Positions 50,210 through 59,414 of a stretch of DNA of 64,000 bases are shown one piece after another (within the stretch, counting starts at the first letter, position 1; each line of letters begins with the position of its first letter). Below the pieces are notes generated by a model, which saw nothing but the letters and a program-made list of their open reading frames with translations, made no database searches and was not told where the DNA came from. The position numbers and the translations under genes are program-made. Source of the DNA: an uncultured Gemmatimonadota bacterium. GTDB taxonomy: Bacteria > Gemmatimonadota > Gemmatimonadetes > Palauibacterales > Palauibacteraceae. The stretch spans positions 63,510-127,509 of the forward strand of contig CAZVIY010000007.1 of assembly GCA_964627425.1 (NCBI GenBank), in the 5' to 3' direction.

Positions 50210-52570
50210 TTACCCTTCCTCCTCCCGGTTCCGCTCCTTCAGGGTCTCGATGAGTCGGGAGGCGGTGCCCTCGCGCCCCCCGGTGAGCTCCGCGTAGCTC
50301 TCCGCTCCCACCAGGGCGCAGGCCTCGGGCTCGGCCAGCCCGGCCTCCTCGGCCAGGTCCTCGATGAACTCGAGCTGCTTCTCGCTCGGCGGGCGACGCT
50401 CCCGGAGCTCCTCGATGAGGGCGCTTGCGGTGCCGTCGCTGCCGCCGGTGAGCTCGGAGAAGTCGTCGGCGTCCACGAGCCCCGCGGCCTCGGCCTCCGT
50501 GAGGCCCTGCTCCTCGGCCAGGCTCTCGATGAACGCGAGCTGCTTCTCCGAGGCGGGAGGGCCGCTCCCCTCGGTCTCCGACTGGAGCCGGTCGATGAGC
50601 TCGCTGATCTCCTCTCCCGACAGCTCCTCGAGATCGTCGGCGCCGCGCTCCCGCAGGAGCTCCTCCTGGCGCTCCTCGGCCACCCCGCGCATGAGGCTCT
50701 CGGCCAGGGCCAGCTGCCGCGGCGTCGGGCGCTCCCGACGGCGCTTCAGGGCCACGTTGTGCATGCCCCGGAACTGATCCCGGAAGCTCTCCCACACGGC
50801 GGCTGCCGGCTGCTCGCCCTCCTCGATCCCGTCCAGGGTCTCCTCCATCTCGGCGGTGAAGTCGGGATAGAAGACGTCGATCTCCAGGTCGTCGAGCTCC
50901 ACGCCGTCGGGGAGCCGGTCCGGCAGGGACTCGTCCTCTTCCACCGGGCCGTAGTAGGGCACGACCCGCGTCCAGAGCGTGCGCCCCTTCTCGGTGGGCA
51001 CGAGCTCCGAGCCGTCCTCCTCCACGTAGGTCCGCTCCAGCAGCTTCTCCACCGTGGGGGCGTAGGTGGAGGGACGGCCGATGCCCTCCTCCCGCATCTT
51101 CCGGATCAGCGTGTGCTGGCGGTAGCGGGCCGGCGGCTTCGTCTCGTCCTCGATGAGCCGCGGGTTCTCGGCGTCTTCCTCCGGGGGCTCCAGCCGGTGG
51201 ACGGCGCCGGGCTCCAGGGCGTCGGTGGGCGGGCTCGTGGCGGGCGGGGACCGCAGGCCGTCGTAGGCGGCCTCCCACCCGGGATGGACCCGCCAGCGGG
51301 CGGTCCCCTGGAGCGGCCGGTCGAAGCCCTCCACCCCGGCCGTCAGCACCGCCTTCTCGTAGCGGGACCGGGACATCTGGCTGGCGGCGAACCGGGCCCA
51401 GATCAGCCGGTACAGCCGCTCCTCGCTCCCTTCCAGCCCGTCGGGACGGTCGACGCCGGGGCGGGTGGGGCGGATGGCCTCGTGGGCGTCCTGCACCGCC
51501 CCCGAGTCGTCGGATCCGGCCACCCCGGGGCCCAGGTGATCCCCGCCCCAACGCTCCTCGATCAGGGCCCGGACCCGGCGACGTGCGTCCTTCCCGGTCC
51601 GGGTGGAGTCGGTGCGGATGTAGGTGATGTGCCCGTTGTTGTAGAGGTCGCCGGCCACGGCCATGGTGTGTCCGGGGCGCCAGCCCAGCCGGGAGCCCGC
51701 CGCGCTCAGCAGGGCCTCGGTGGTGAACGGGGCCTTCGGCTTCCGCGTGTAGCTCCCCCGCTCCACGTCGTCCACCGTCACCTCGCCGGCCGCCTCGAGG
51801 GCGTCGGCCGCGCGACGGGCCAGCTCGCCGTCGTGGGTGCGGTCGGGCCGGAAGTTCCCCTCGTCGATCCACGCGTCCGGGTCGTCCTTCTCGTGGAAGT
51901 GGACCTGGTAGGTGATGCCCTCGGCGTCGGCCAGCACCCGGAAGTAGGGGACCGGGACGAAGGCCTCGCGCTCGAGCTCGCGCTCCACCACGAAGCCCAG
52001 GGTGGGCGTCTGGACCCGGCCCATCGACGAGGAGCCGGTGAACCACGACTTGCTGAACTTGGAGGCCCGGAAGCCCACCAGGCGGTCCAGGAACTTCCGC
52101 ACCTTGGCCGAGTCCACCAGGTTCGGGTCGATGGGGCGGGGGTCCTCCAGCGCCTCGCGGACCGCCTCCTCGGTGATCTCCTGGAAGGTGATCCGGTGGA
52201 TCTCGCCCCGGCCCTCCAGGATCTCGGCCAGGCGCCAGGCGATGAACTCCCCCTCCCGGTCGGGGTCGGTGGCCAGGTAGAACCGGTCCACACCGCGCCG
52301 CTCCGCTTCCTCCAGGACCTGGTCCATCAGCTCCCGGGAACCCTCGGTCCAATCCCACGGCGGCTCGGGGAGCTTCCCGTCCTCCGACGTCCACCACATG
52401 GCCTTCCGGCCCTGCTTCCCCTCGGTGGGCAGGTCCTGGACGTGGCCCATGCAGGCGCGCACCAGGAAGTCCTCGCCCAGGTACTTCTCGATGGTGCGGG
52501 CCTTGGCCTTCGACTCGACGAGCAGGAGGTTCACGTGCGGTCCTCTCGGGTCCTCGGGTGCGTGATTCAC
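50210..52570 (-). CDS. Type IA DNA topoisomerase (Topo I/III-like) with two C-terminal ~55-aa tandem repeats
   Basis: Toprim LLLVESKAKARTIEKYLG, TDPDREGE, the catalytic Tyr region GHITYIRTDSTR, and topoisomerase domains 2-4. The C-terminus has two repeats SEKQL(A/E)FIE(S/D)LAEE(Q/A)GL...ELTGG(S/R)(D/E)GTAS(A/R)LIE(E/T)L(R/K)ER, lacks the Zn-ribbon and is short (786 aa). Whether it is the housekeeping topA is unclear. Confidence 0.85.
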   Translation of the reverse strand: MNHAPEDPRGPHVNLLLVESKAKARTIEKYLGEDFLVRACMGHVQDLPTEGKQGRKAMWWTSEDGKLPEPPWDWTEGSRELMDQVLEEAERRGVDRFYLATDPDREGEFIAWRLAEILEGRGEIHRITFQEITEEAVREALEDPRPIDPNLVDSAKVRKFLDRLVGFRASKFSKSWFTGSSSMGRVQTPTLGFVVERELEREAFVPVPYFRVLADAEGITYQVHFHEKDDPDAWIDEGNFRPDRTHDGELARRAADALEAAGEVTVDDVERGSYTRKPKAPFTTEALLSAAGSRLGWRPGHTMAVAGDLYNNGHITYIRTDSTRTGKDARRRVRALIEERWGGDHLGPGVAGSDDSGAVQDAHEAIRPTRPGVDRPDGLEGSEERLYRLIWARFAASQMSRSRYEKAVLTAGVEGFDRPLQGTARWRVHPGWEAAYDGLRSPPATSPPTDALEPGAVHRLEPPEEDAENPRLIEDETKPPARYRQHTLIRKMREEGIGRPSTYAPTVEKLLERTYVEEDGSELVPTEKGRTLWTRVVPYYGPVEEDESLPDRLPDGVELDDLEIDVFYPDFTAEMEETLDGIEEGEQPAAAVWESFRDQFRGMHNVALKRRRERPTPRQLALAESLMRGVAEERQEELLRERGADDLEELSGEEISELIDRLQSETEGSGPPASEKQLAFIESLAEEQGLTEAEAAGLVDADDFSELTGGSDGTASALIEELRERRPPSEKQLEFIEDLAEEAGLAEPEACALVGAESYAELTGGREGTASRLIETLKERNREEEG

Positions 52571-52786
52571 GGCGACGGGGCAGGGGGGCGTTCCGCGAAT
52601 TCCCGCCCCGGTATCGGTCTCTCACACCGTGAAGGCCTCGTCGATCCGAACGCAACGCTCGGGGCGACTCAGGGGGACCTCCTCGCCGGGTCGGGCTTGA
52701 CGGGGTGTGTAGCGTGTAGTAAATAATACACGATCGACGGAGAGATAGAGACGGAAGAAGACGGGGACCCCGGCCCCAGGACGACC

Positions 52787-53137
52787 ATGAGCCTCGGCCA
52801 GTACATCCGATCGCGCAGGGAGGAGCTGCGAGAGGACGACCCGAGCTATTCGCTCCGGCAGGTGGCCGAGCGCGTCGGGATCGAGCCCTCGTACCTGAGC
52901 AAGGTGGAGCGGGACATCGGCTCGCCGCCCTCCGAGGAGACGCTGGTGAAGCTCGCCCGGGAGCTGGACGTGGATGCCGACGTGCTGCTGGCCATGGCCG
53001 GGAAGGTCTCCTCCGACCTGCGGGAGGTGATCCGGAAGCGGCCGAAGCTGTTCGGTCGGCTGATCCGGGAGATGAAGGAGATGCCCGACCACGCGGTGCT
53101 CCGGGTGGTGCGGGAGGTACGGGACGGACGCTGGTGA
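52787..53137 (+). CDS. XRE family HTH transcriptional regulator
   Basis: SLRQVAERVGIEPSYLSKVERDIGSPPSEETLVKLARELDVDADVLL is a canonical HTH_XRE. Confidence 0.75.
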   Translation: MSLGQYIRSRREELREDDPSYSLRQVAERVGIEPSYLSKVERDIGSPPSEETLVKLARELDVDADVLLAMAGKVSSDLREVIRKRPKLFGRLIREMKEMPDHAVLRVVREVRDGRW

Positions 53138-53220
53138 AGGGCGAACGCCGGAGGGAAGTGCCAGCGGAGCACGCCGGAGAGAGACGCCAGACAGGAATTC
53201 CAGGAGAGGAGGGACGTTCG

Positions 53221-54258
53221 ATGATCGAGCTGACCGACGACGCGCTCGAGTTCTCGTTTCCCGAGGTGCACCCGAATGCCCGGCTCAGCGTGGGCTTCCA
53301 GCGCACGCTCCGGATCCCCGACGACGGCTCCGACTACCCGCTCCCGCCGGGGCTGGGCCGGTTCCCGGTGCGCCACGTGGACGACCACGCCTCGCGGGTG
53401 CCCGACCGGTGGCTGCGGCGCGGCGGCGTCATGCTCCCCATGTACCGGGTCGAGGCCCTGTGGCTGCACTTCGGCCGGGGGGCCGGGGGCCACGGCTACG
53501 GCGGCCGGGCCTATCCGTTCGCCCTCAAGGTGGCCGCGGGGAAGGTAAACGCCGTGACGGGGGAGCCGTGGGAGGACGGCCTGCACCGCGACCCCCAGGA
53601 CTACCTGGTGGCCCCGCCCCAGCCCTGGCTGGACGGCTACTGCGTGGAGGAGGGCACGATCCGCCAGTTCGTGGCCATGGAGCTGGGCGCGGGCTACTCG
53701 GCCGAGGAACAGCTCACGGGCGAGGCGGAGCACGGCGGGCTCCAGATCATCGCCTACCCGATGAAGCGGGAGGTCTGGGAGCGGAAGTTCGGGCCGCGCG
53801 AGGAGCGGACCGACTACGCCCTCCGCACGTCCGTCCAGGCCGATGCCGCCCCGTCGGCAGCCATGGACATGGGCCTGGGGGCCGGCGGCCGGATGCGCCA
53901 GGAGCTCTACGACGACCCCCACGCCTTCGAGGACTGGGACCTGAGGCACTCGAGCCGCTGCTTCGTGCACCTGACGAACGCCCTGGTCTGGCGGGCGGTG
54001 ACGGGGCAGGCGCCTCCCACCACGCCGCCGACCTCGGAGGAGTACACCGAGGCCGGCCTCCCCTGGTTCGACTACTACGCCGGCGACCGGGAGGCGCTGG
54101 AGGGATCGGAGGAGCTGGCCCGGCTGAAGAGCGTCCTGGGGATCGCCCGGGAGAAGCGCGACGTAGCGCTCCCGGAGAACGAGTCCGTGGATCCGGAGCG
54201 GGTGATCGGGCTTCGGGAAGGGCTGGCGGAGGACCAGGTGCGGGAGGGGACGTTCTGA
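53221..54258 (+). CDS. Hypothetical protein (345 aa) downstream of and co-oriented with the XRE regulator; alternative GTG start at 53134 overlaps the XRE stop
   Basis: ATG 53221 is preceded by AGGAGGG. No family was recognised (MIELTDDALEFSFPEVHPNARLSVGFQRTLRIPDDGSDYPLPPGLGRFPV...). Confidence 0.45.
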   Translation: MIELTDDALEFSFPEVHPNARLSVGFQRTLRIPDDGSDYPLPPGLGRFPVRHVDDHASRVPDRWLRRGGVMLPMYRVEALWLHFGRGAGGHGYGGRAYPFALKVAAGKVNAVTGEPWEDGLHRDPQDYLVAPPQPWLDGYCVEEGTIRQFVAMELGAGYSAEEQLTGEAEHGGLQIIAYPMKREVWERKFGPREERTDYALRTSVQADAAPSAAMDMGLGAGGRMRQELYDDPHAFEDWDLRHSSRCFVHLTNALVWRAVTGQAPPTTPPTSEEYTEAGLPWFDYYAGDREALEGSEELARLKSVLGIAREKRDVALPENESVDPERVIGLREGLAEDQVREGTF

Positions 54259-54316
54259 GGGGACGTTCCGGGCCGTCCGGGCAGGGCGCCGCGGGGCGGA
54301 CGGGGCCCCGGTCTCC

Positions 54317-54922
54317 TCAGCGACGGGGAAATCCCTCCGACTCGCGGACCCGGCGGGCCTGCCAGAGGTGCCGCCGCTCGTGGGCGGCCACGATCCGGAA
54401 GGCCGAGCCCAGGTCGAACCTCACGAACTGGGCGAAGGGCGAGGCCATCCGGATGCGGCCGAGGTCCAGTCCGTCGGCGGCCCGGAGCCGGTCCTCCAGC
54501 GCCGGGCGGAGGGCGAGGAAATCGGAGAGGGAGCTCCCGCCCTCGTGCGTCTCGGATCCGTCGGCTTCCGGGTTCCGGGGGCGGATGCGCCCCGGAGCGG
54601 GGATTCCGAGGCCGGGCGGCGGCTCCAGGAACCGGACCAGCCAGCGGCCCACGAGGCTCCGCCGGCCCGGCCCGTCGGCGAGGAGCCCCCGCCGCCGGCC
54701 CTCGTCGATGGCCCCGTCCAGGGCTTCCAGGTACGCTTCGCCCGTTCGGACCAGGTGATCCAGGCACTCGCCCACCGACCACCGCTCCGGCGCGGGCCGC
54801 CACCAGAGCTGATCGGGGGTGAGCGCGGACGCGAGCTCCTCCGCCTCTTCTCCCGTGGACCGGAACTCACGCCAGCTCGCCGCCAGCTCTTCGGATCGGA
54901 GGTCGGGTCGGGGACGCTGCAC
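54317..54922 (-). CDS. DinB/YfiT-like (DinB_2) family protein
   Basis: A four-helix-bundle DinB family pattern: WSVGECLDHLVRTGEAYLEAL...AAHERRHLWQARRV. Confidence 0.55.
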   Translation of the reverse strand: MQRPRPDLRSEELAASWREFRSTGEEAEELASALTPDQLWWRPAPERWSVGECLDHLVRTGEAYLEALDGAIDEGRRRGLLADGPGRRSLVGRWLVRFLEPPPGLGIPAPGRIRPRNPEADGSETHEGGSSLSDFLALRPALEDRLRAADGLDLGRIRMASPFAQFVRFDLGSAFRIVAAHERRHLWQARRVRESEGFPRR

Positions 54923-54932
54923 GGGTCGGGCC

Positions 54933-56465
54933 TCAGGAAGCTCCGGAGGAGTGCGTCCCGGCGCCGTTCGGCCCGGCGCCGTTCGGCCCGGAGACCGGGA
55001 CCCTGACCACGAACCGGGTCCCCTCGCCCCGCTCGCTCTCCGCCGTGATCCGGCCGCCGTGGTCCCGGACCACCTGCCGGGCGATGGCCAGGCCCACCCC
55101 CGTTCCGAGGGCGTCCCGGGCCTCCCCGCTCCGGACGTAGGGCTCGAAGATCCTCTCCAGCTCCTCCGGAGCGATGCCGGGGCCGGTGTCCCGGACCTCG
55201 AGGCTCACCCACCGGGCGTCGCCGGAGCGCGGGGGCTCGTCCGCCGGGCCGTCTTCCCCGGCCGCCGCGATCCGGAGCTCCACCGCGTCGCCGCGGTCGA
55301 TGTACTTGAACGCGTTGTCCAGCAGGTTGCCCAGTACCAGGTCCCGCAGCCGCTCCTCGTCGGCCCGAATCACGCGGGGGGCGTCGGCGTCGACCTCCAC
55401 CCGGTACTCCGCCTCCTTCTGGCGGGCCGCCGCGGAGAACGCCTGACGGAGAGCCGTGGCCAGGTCCTCCACGTGGGTCTCACGGAAATCCAGGTCCAGG
55501 GCCCCGGCCTCCGCACGGGTCAGGCGGATGAGCTGGTCGATCTGCCCGGTCAGCTCTTCCATCTGCTCCCGGACCTCGTCCAGCACCTCACGCTGCTCCT
55601 CGTTCACCGGGCCGAACTCCCCCTCCCGGAGCATCTCGCCGTAGCCCAGGGCCACCGACACGGGCGTCTTGAGCTTGTGGCTGGCGGCGGAGAGGAACTC
55701 CGCCTTGAGCCGGTTCAGCTCCTCCAGCTTCTCGGTCATGAACCGGAAGGCCCGGTTGAGGGAGCCGAGCTCGTCGTCGCGGTCGTACTCGAGCTCTTCC
55801 GGCGCCTGGAGCCCGCCCTCGGCCGCCCGGGCCATGGCCGACTGAAGGAGGCTCACGGGGCGGGTCACCGTCCGTGCGATCCCCCCGCCGACCAGGAAGG
55901 CGAGCAGCAGCGCCCCGAGCAGGGCGATGGTGGTGGTGCCGGTGGCCGAGGAGACGAGCCGCTCGGCCCGTCGCGCGGACTCGGCGCTCCGGGTCCGTAC
56001 CACGGCGTCGAGCTCCGCGAGGACGGGGTCGGCGCGGAACAGGAGGCTGGAGAGCCCCCGGAAGGCGACGGTGGCCTCGGACAGGTTCCCTTCGGCCACG
56101 AGCGTACCCACCTGGTAGGCGGCCGTCCGGACCGCCCGGGCCAGGTCCAGGGACGGCCGGGCCGCCTCCCCGTAGCCGGTCTGGCGGAGGTGGCCCGCCG
56201 CCACGGCGGTGGCCGACAGGGCCCGCGCGAGCCTGTCCCTGGCGGCCGGCGATCCGGTGGCCACGTAGCCGCGGGCGGCCAGGTCCAGATCGCCCAGCGC
56301 GGAGCGCATCTCCTCCACCGCCGAGCCGGCCGCGGCGTGGCGCTCGCGGATCGTCACCGCCACGTCCCGTGCGCCGTCGAGCTGGGAGAGGGCGTATACG
56401 GCGGGCACCGCCATGATGAGGGTGGCCGAGAGGACGGCCAGGACGAGGCGGGTCCGGACGGTCAC
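54933..56465 (-). CDS. Sensor histidine kinase (TM-HAMP-HisKA-HATPase_c)
   Basis: H-box EFLSAASHKLKTPVS, N-box LLDNAFKY, and G-boxes DTGPGI and GTGVGLAIA. The C-terminal tail carries a duplicated GPNGA. Confidence 0.85.
   Translation of the reverse strand: MTVRTRLVLAVLSATLIMAVPAVYALSQLDGARDVAVTIRERHAAAGSAVEEMRSALGDLDLAARGYVATGSPAARDRLARALSATAVAAGHLRQTGYGEAARPSLDLARAVRTAAYQVGTLVAEGNLSEATVAFRGLSSLLFRADPVLAELDAVVRTRSAESARRAERLVSSATGTTTIALLGALLLAFLVGGGIARTVTRPVSLLQSAMARAAEGGLQAPEELEYDRDDELGSLNRAFRFMTEKLEELNRLKAEFLSAASHKLKTPVSVALGYGEMLREGEFGPVNEEQREVLDEVREQMEELTGQIDQLIRLTRAEAGALDLDFRETHVEDLATALRQAFSAAARQKEAEYRVEVDADAPRVIRADEERLRDLVLGNLLDNAFKYIDRGDAVELRIAAAGEDGPADEPPRSGDARWVSLEVRDTGPGIAPEELERIFEPYVRSGEARDALGTGVGLAIARQVVRDHGGRITAESERGEGTRFVVRVPVSGPNGAGPNGAGTHSSGAS
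54961..54990. repeat. Perfect 15-bp tandem duplication (cggcgccgttcggcc x2) in the 3' end of the histidine kinase gene
   Basis: Read directly: cccggcgccgttcggcccggcgccgttcggcccgg. It encodes GPNGAGPNGAG on the minus strand. Confidence 0.6.
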
Positions 56466-56478
56466 CGGCGTCTCCCCC

Positions 56479-57141
56479 TCAGTGCCTACCGCCGGAGCCC
56501 TCGAGGAGCTCCCGCAGCCGCTCCACCTCCCTGGCGAGGGAATCGACCCGCGTCCGGAGCGCCCGATTCCGGACCCCCAGCGTCCGGTGCCGGTCCCCCA
56601 GGGCCCGGCGTCTCAGGGTCGGCGGTTCCCCCGCCTCGGCGAGGGAGGACTCCTCGACGCCGCAGTTCTCGGCATTGCCGCTGGGGCGGAGGGCGGCTTC
56701 CGCCTCCCCGGCCCCGGTCGGCGACAGGTCGAGGGCCGACAGGTAGAGGGCCCGGGCCAGCCGATCGGCCCAGACGGACCGGCCGGGGGTGCGGATCAGA
56801 CGGGCCGCGGCGGCGGCCGCCCGGGCGGGATCGCCCTCCTCCTGCACGCCCGTCGGAACCGCTGACTCCGCCACGTAGAGGAGGAGGGCCCGCTCGCCCA
56901 GCGGCGAGACGCCGCACCGGCGCCACACGCTCAGGAGATGCTCGCGGGCGTCGTCGTCGCTCTGGCCGCTGGCGAGCTCTTCCACCGCCCGGTCGAAGCT
57001 CTCGGCGGGCGACAGTCCGCCCGTCGCGGCGCCACCGCCGCAGGCGGCGAGCAGCACGCATCCCCCGAGGAGGCCCGCCACCGTGAGCCCACGCTCCCAC
57101 CCTCGAAGCCGTCCTGCTGGTCGATCCCTCTCGGCGGTCAC
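56479..57141 (-). CDS. Hypothetical lipoprotein with C-terminal coiled coil, encoded between the sensor kinase and the response regulator
   Basis: LLGGCVLLAACGG lipobox, and a C-terminal coiled coil LRTRVDSLAREVERLRELLEG. Its start overlaps the stop of the response regulator gene. Confidence 0.45.
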   Translation of the reverse strand: MTAERDRPAGRLRGWERGLTVAGLLGGCVLLAACGGGAATGGLSPAESFDRAVEELASGQSDDDAREHLLSVWRRCGVSPLGERALLLYVAESAVPTGVQEEGDPARAAAAAARLIRTPGRSVWADRLARALYLSALDLSPTGAGEAEAALRPSGNAENCGVEESSLAEAGEPPTLRRRALGDRHRTLGVRNRALRTRVDSLAREVERLRELLEGSGGRH

Positions 57142-58217
57142 GCTGCCTGTCCTTCCGTACCCGGAAAGCCACCGTCGGCCACGGCGTCGAAGAACGCCTC
57201 GGCGACCCTCGGCTGAAATTTCGTACCCACCAGCCTCCGGATCTCCTCCAGGGCTTCCGGCACCGGCGCCGCCTCCTTGTAGACCCGCTCGTGGGTCAGG
57301 GAGTCGAAGACGTCGGCGACGGACACGATCCTGGCGCTCAGCGGGATGGCCTCGCCTTCCAGGCCGTCGGGATACCCGCTGCCGTCCCAGTTCTCGTGGT
57401 GTGATCGGGCGATCTCCGCCGCGGTCTCGAGCACCGGGAACCGGCTGTCCGAGAGTATCTGCTCGCCGATCAGGGTGTGCCTCTTCATGGCCTGGTACTC
57501 CTCGTCGGTCAGGGGACCTGGCTTCAGGAGGATCTGGTCGGAGATCCCGATCTTTCCGACGTCGTGGAGCGGAGCGGCGCGCCTCAGCGTGTCGAGCTCG
57601 TCGTCTTCCAGGCCCAGGCGACGGCCGATCCTGTACGCCATCTCGCCCACCCGCCGGGTGTGAGCTCCGGTGTCGTCGTCACGGTACTCGGCGGCCAACG
57701 CAAGGCGCTCCAGGAGCTCGATCCTGGCCGCCTCCAGCTCGGCGGTCCGCTCCTGGACCTTCTCCTCCAGGCGCTCGTTGGTCCGCTCGAGGACCCGCTG
57801 GAGGCGCCGGGTCTCGAGCTGGTTCCGGACCCGGTAGCGGAGCTCGGAGGGGCTGACGGGCTTGGCGACGAAATCGTTCGCTCCCCGGTCGAAGACGTCC
57901 TTCTTCGTCTCACGGCTCGTATCGGAGGTGAGGACGATCACGGGCAGATAGGACCGATCCGACCGGGCCGCGCTCAGGCGATCCAACACCTGGAAGCCGC
58001 TCATCCCCGGCATCTGGAGGTCGAGCACCACGAGGTCCGGCACGTCCGCGGTGATGGCCTCCGTGGCCCGTGCCGGATCGCTCCAGCACTCCACGTTCTC
58101 GTAGCCCGCGTTCTCGAGGAGCCGCCGGACCATCCGCAACAGGGCCTCGTCGTCGTCCACGAGGACGATCCTCGACTCGACCACCGGCACGGCGGTCCCG
58201 GAGCTCCGTTCCGTCAT
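57138..58217 (-). CDS. Response regulator with HD-GYP phosphodiesterase output domain (RpfG-like)
   Basis: REC domain (VLVDDDEALLRMVRRLL...DLVVLDLQMPGMSG, with D and K positions), then an HD-GYP domain (HTRRVGEMAYRIGRRL...PLHDVGKIGI...HHENWDGSGYPDGL). Confidence 0.85.
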   Translation of the reverse strand: MTERSSGTAVPVVESRIVLVDDDEALLRMVRRLLENAGYENVECWSDPARATEAITADVPDLVVLDLQMPGMSGFQVLDRLSAARSDRSYLPVIVLTSDTSRETKKDVFDRGANDFVAKPVSPSELRYRVRNQLETRRLQRVLERTNERLEEKVQERTAELEAARIELLERLALAAEYRDDDTGAHTRRVGEMAYRIGRRLGLEDDELDTLRRAAPLHDVGKIGISDQILLKPGPLTDEEYQAMKRHTLIGEQILSDSRFPVLETAAEIARSHHENWDGSGYPDGLEGEAIPLSARIVSVADVFDSLTHERVYKEAAPVPEALEEIRRLVGTKFQPRVAEAFFDAVADGGFPGTEGQAA

Positions 58218-58465
58218 ACGGTACCTGGGGTGGAAGCGGCGAATGAAGAGGCCAGCTCAGGTAGGATAGCTGGCGGCGCGGGTCGAATACAGTACCGCCA
58301 TCGACCGGAGATTGGTCCGCCTGGCCGGACTCCGATCCGTCCCGTGAGCCTCACTTCCCGACGATCGGCCCTCCAGGAGGACCCGTGGTGGAGAAGGGGA
58401 GGGGGGCGGCACGTCGCACCATCGCGGTCGTGTCGCTCAGTGACCATTGGGTGACAGGAGTAGCT

Positions 58466-58888
58466 CTAGCCCCCAAGGATCCTGAGTACCTCGGCGGGCG
58501 GTTTGATCGGAATGCCGGAGAACTCGCCCAGGTCGAGCAGATGGGCGTCTCCGGAAGCCACCCAATCGGCTTCGGCCGAAACGGCACACTCCAGGACTCT
58601 GTTGTCGTCAGGATCTTCCTCGATGACCTTCAGATGGGTCGAAGGACGCACGATACGGGCGTGATGAACCACATCCCCGACGAAGGCGGTGACATCCGAC
58701 TCCTCCAGTTGGAGTTTCGGATAGCGAAGGACTCGCCCCAGTTCATTGATCAGCTCGGGAGATGTCGCGAGCTGTACTTGCCCGGTTCGACACAGGTGGT
58801 AGAGACGATGCGGCACCCCACGCCAGGCGACTGCTGATACGAGTACGTTCGTGTCCAGTACAGCTACTGGTCGTTCTCGCGGGCCCAC
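58466..58888 (-). CDS. PIN domain toxin (VapC-like, TIGR00305-type)
   Basis: VAVLDTNVLVSAVAWRG... with the conserved acidic residues. The GTG start overlaps the 3' end of the upstream antitoxin by 25 nt. Confidence 0.7.
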   Translation of the reverse strand: MGPRERPVAVLDTNVLVSAVAWRGVPHRLYHLCRTGQVQLATSPELINELGRVLRYPKLQLEESDVTAFVGDVVHHARIVRPSTHLKVIEEDPDDNRVLECAVSAEADWVASGDAHLLDLGEFSGIPIKPPAEVLRILGG

Positions 58889-59139
58889 CGGATGGCCTCC
58901 TCCACATCCTCCTGGGTAAGGCCCTGTTCCTCGAAACGCTCAGCAATCCGGGCAGCCAGCCTTTCGAAGTCCTCCACCGGTCCCGCGGCCTTGCGGAGCT
59001 CAGCCTTTCCCTCCCGAACAGTCCAGAACACGACGTCCCCTTCCCCCAGGTCGAGCTGGTCACGCACCGACTTGGGAATCGTGGTTTGCCCCTTGGAACT
59101 GACCTTCGTGGTAGGTGGGCGCACAGAATCAGGAGACAT
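58864..59139 (-). CDS. AbrB/MazE/SpoVT-family antitoxin
   Basis: SSKGQTTIPKSVRDQLDLGEGDVVFW is the swapped-hairpin AbrB-type DNA-binding domain. A 91-aa protein with an acidic C-terminus. Confidence 0.7.
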   Translation of the reverse strand: MSPDSVRPPTTKVSSKGQTTIPKSVRDQLDLGEGDVVFWTVREGKAELRKAAGPVEDFERLAARIAERFEEQGLTQEDVEEAIRWARENDQ

Positions 59140-59183
59140 GCTTCCCCTCCGGCCGATAGGAACCTCTTTACTTTCTTACTTTT

Positions 59184-59191
59184 TTACGTAA
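59184..59191. promoter_or_regulatory. Palindrome TTACGTAA in the AT-rich region about 45 nt upstream of the AbrB-type antitoxin start; candidate autoregulatory operator or promoter element
   Basis: Read at 59171-59200: ctttcttacttttttacgtaacgggatacg. Confidence 0.3.
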
Positions 59192-59414
59192 CGGGATACG
59201 AATGGTTCCCATCAGGGGCGCGATTGGCGGACCGGCTGAACAGCTCATTGGCGGGCAGGGACGCCCTCTGGTTTCCGCAACGCCGTTCCGGCGACCGTGA
59301 GCGTGGAGTGGAAAGCTCGCGTCCCTCTAGGAGTTGGGTGACAGCGACGCTCAGTACAGCTTGCACGACTCAAAGGTAGATGTTGGAGGCGACCACGACC
59401 TGAATCTTCACGAT

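Noticed and set aside
50076-53306. 1076-aa minus-strand ORF overlapping the topoisomerase in another frame and the XRE gene
   Set aside because: The topoisomerase frame (50210-52570) carries all the conserved motifs. This alternative frame gives an Arg/Pro/Gly-rich translation.
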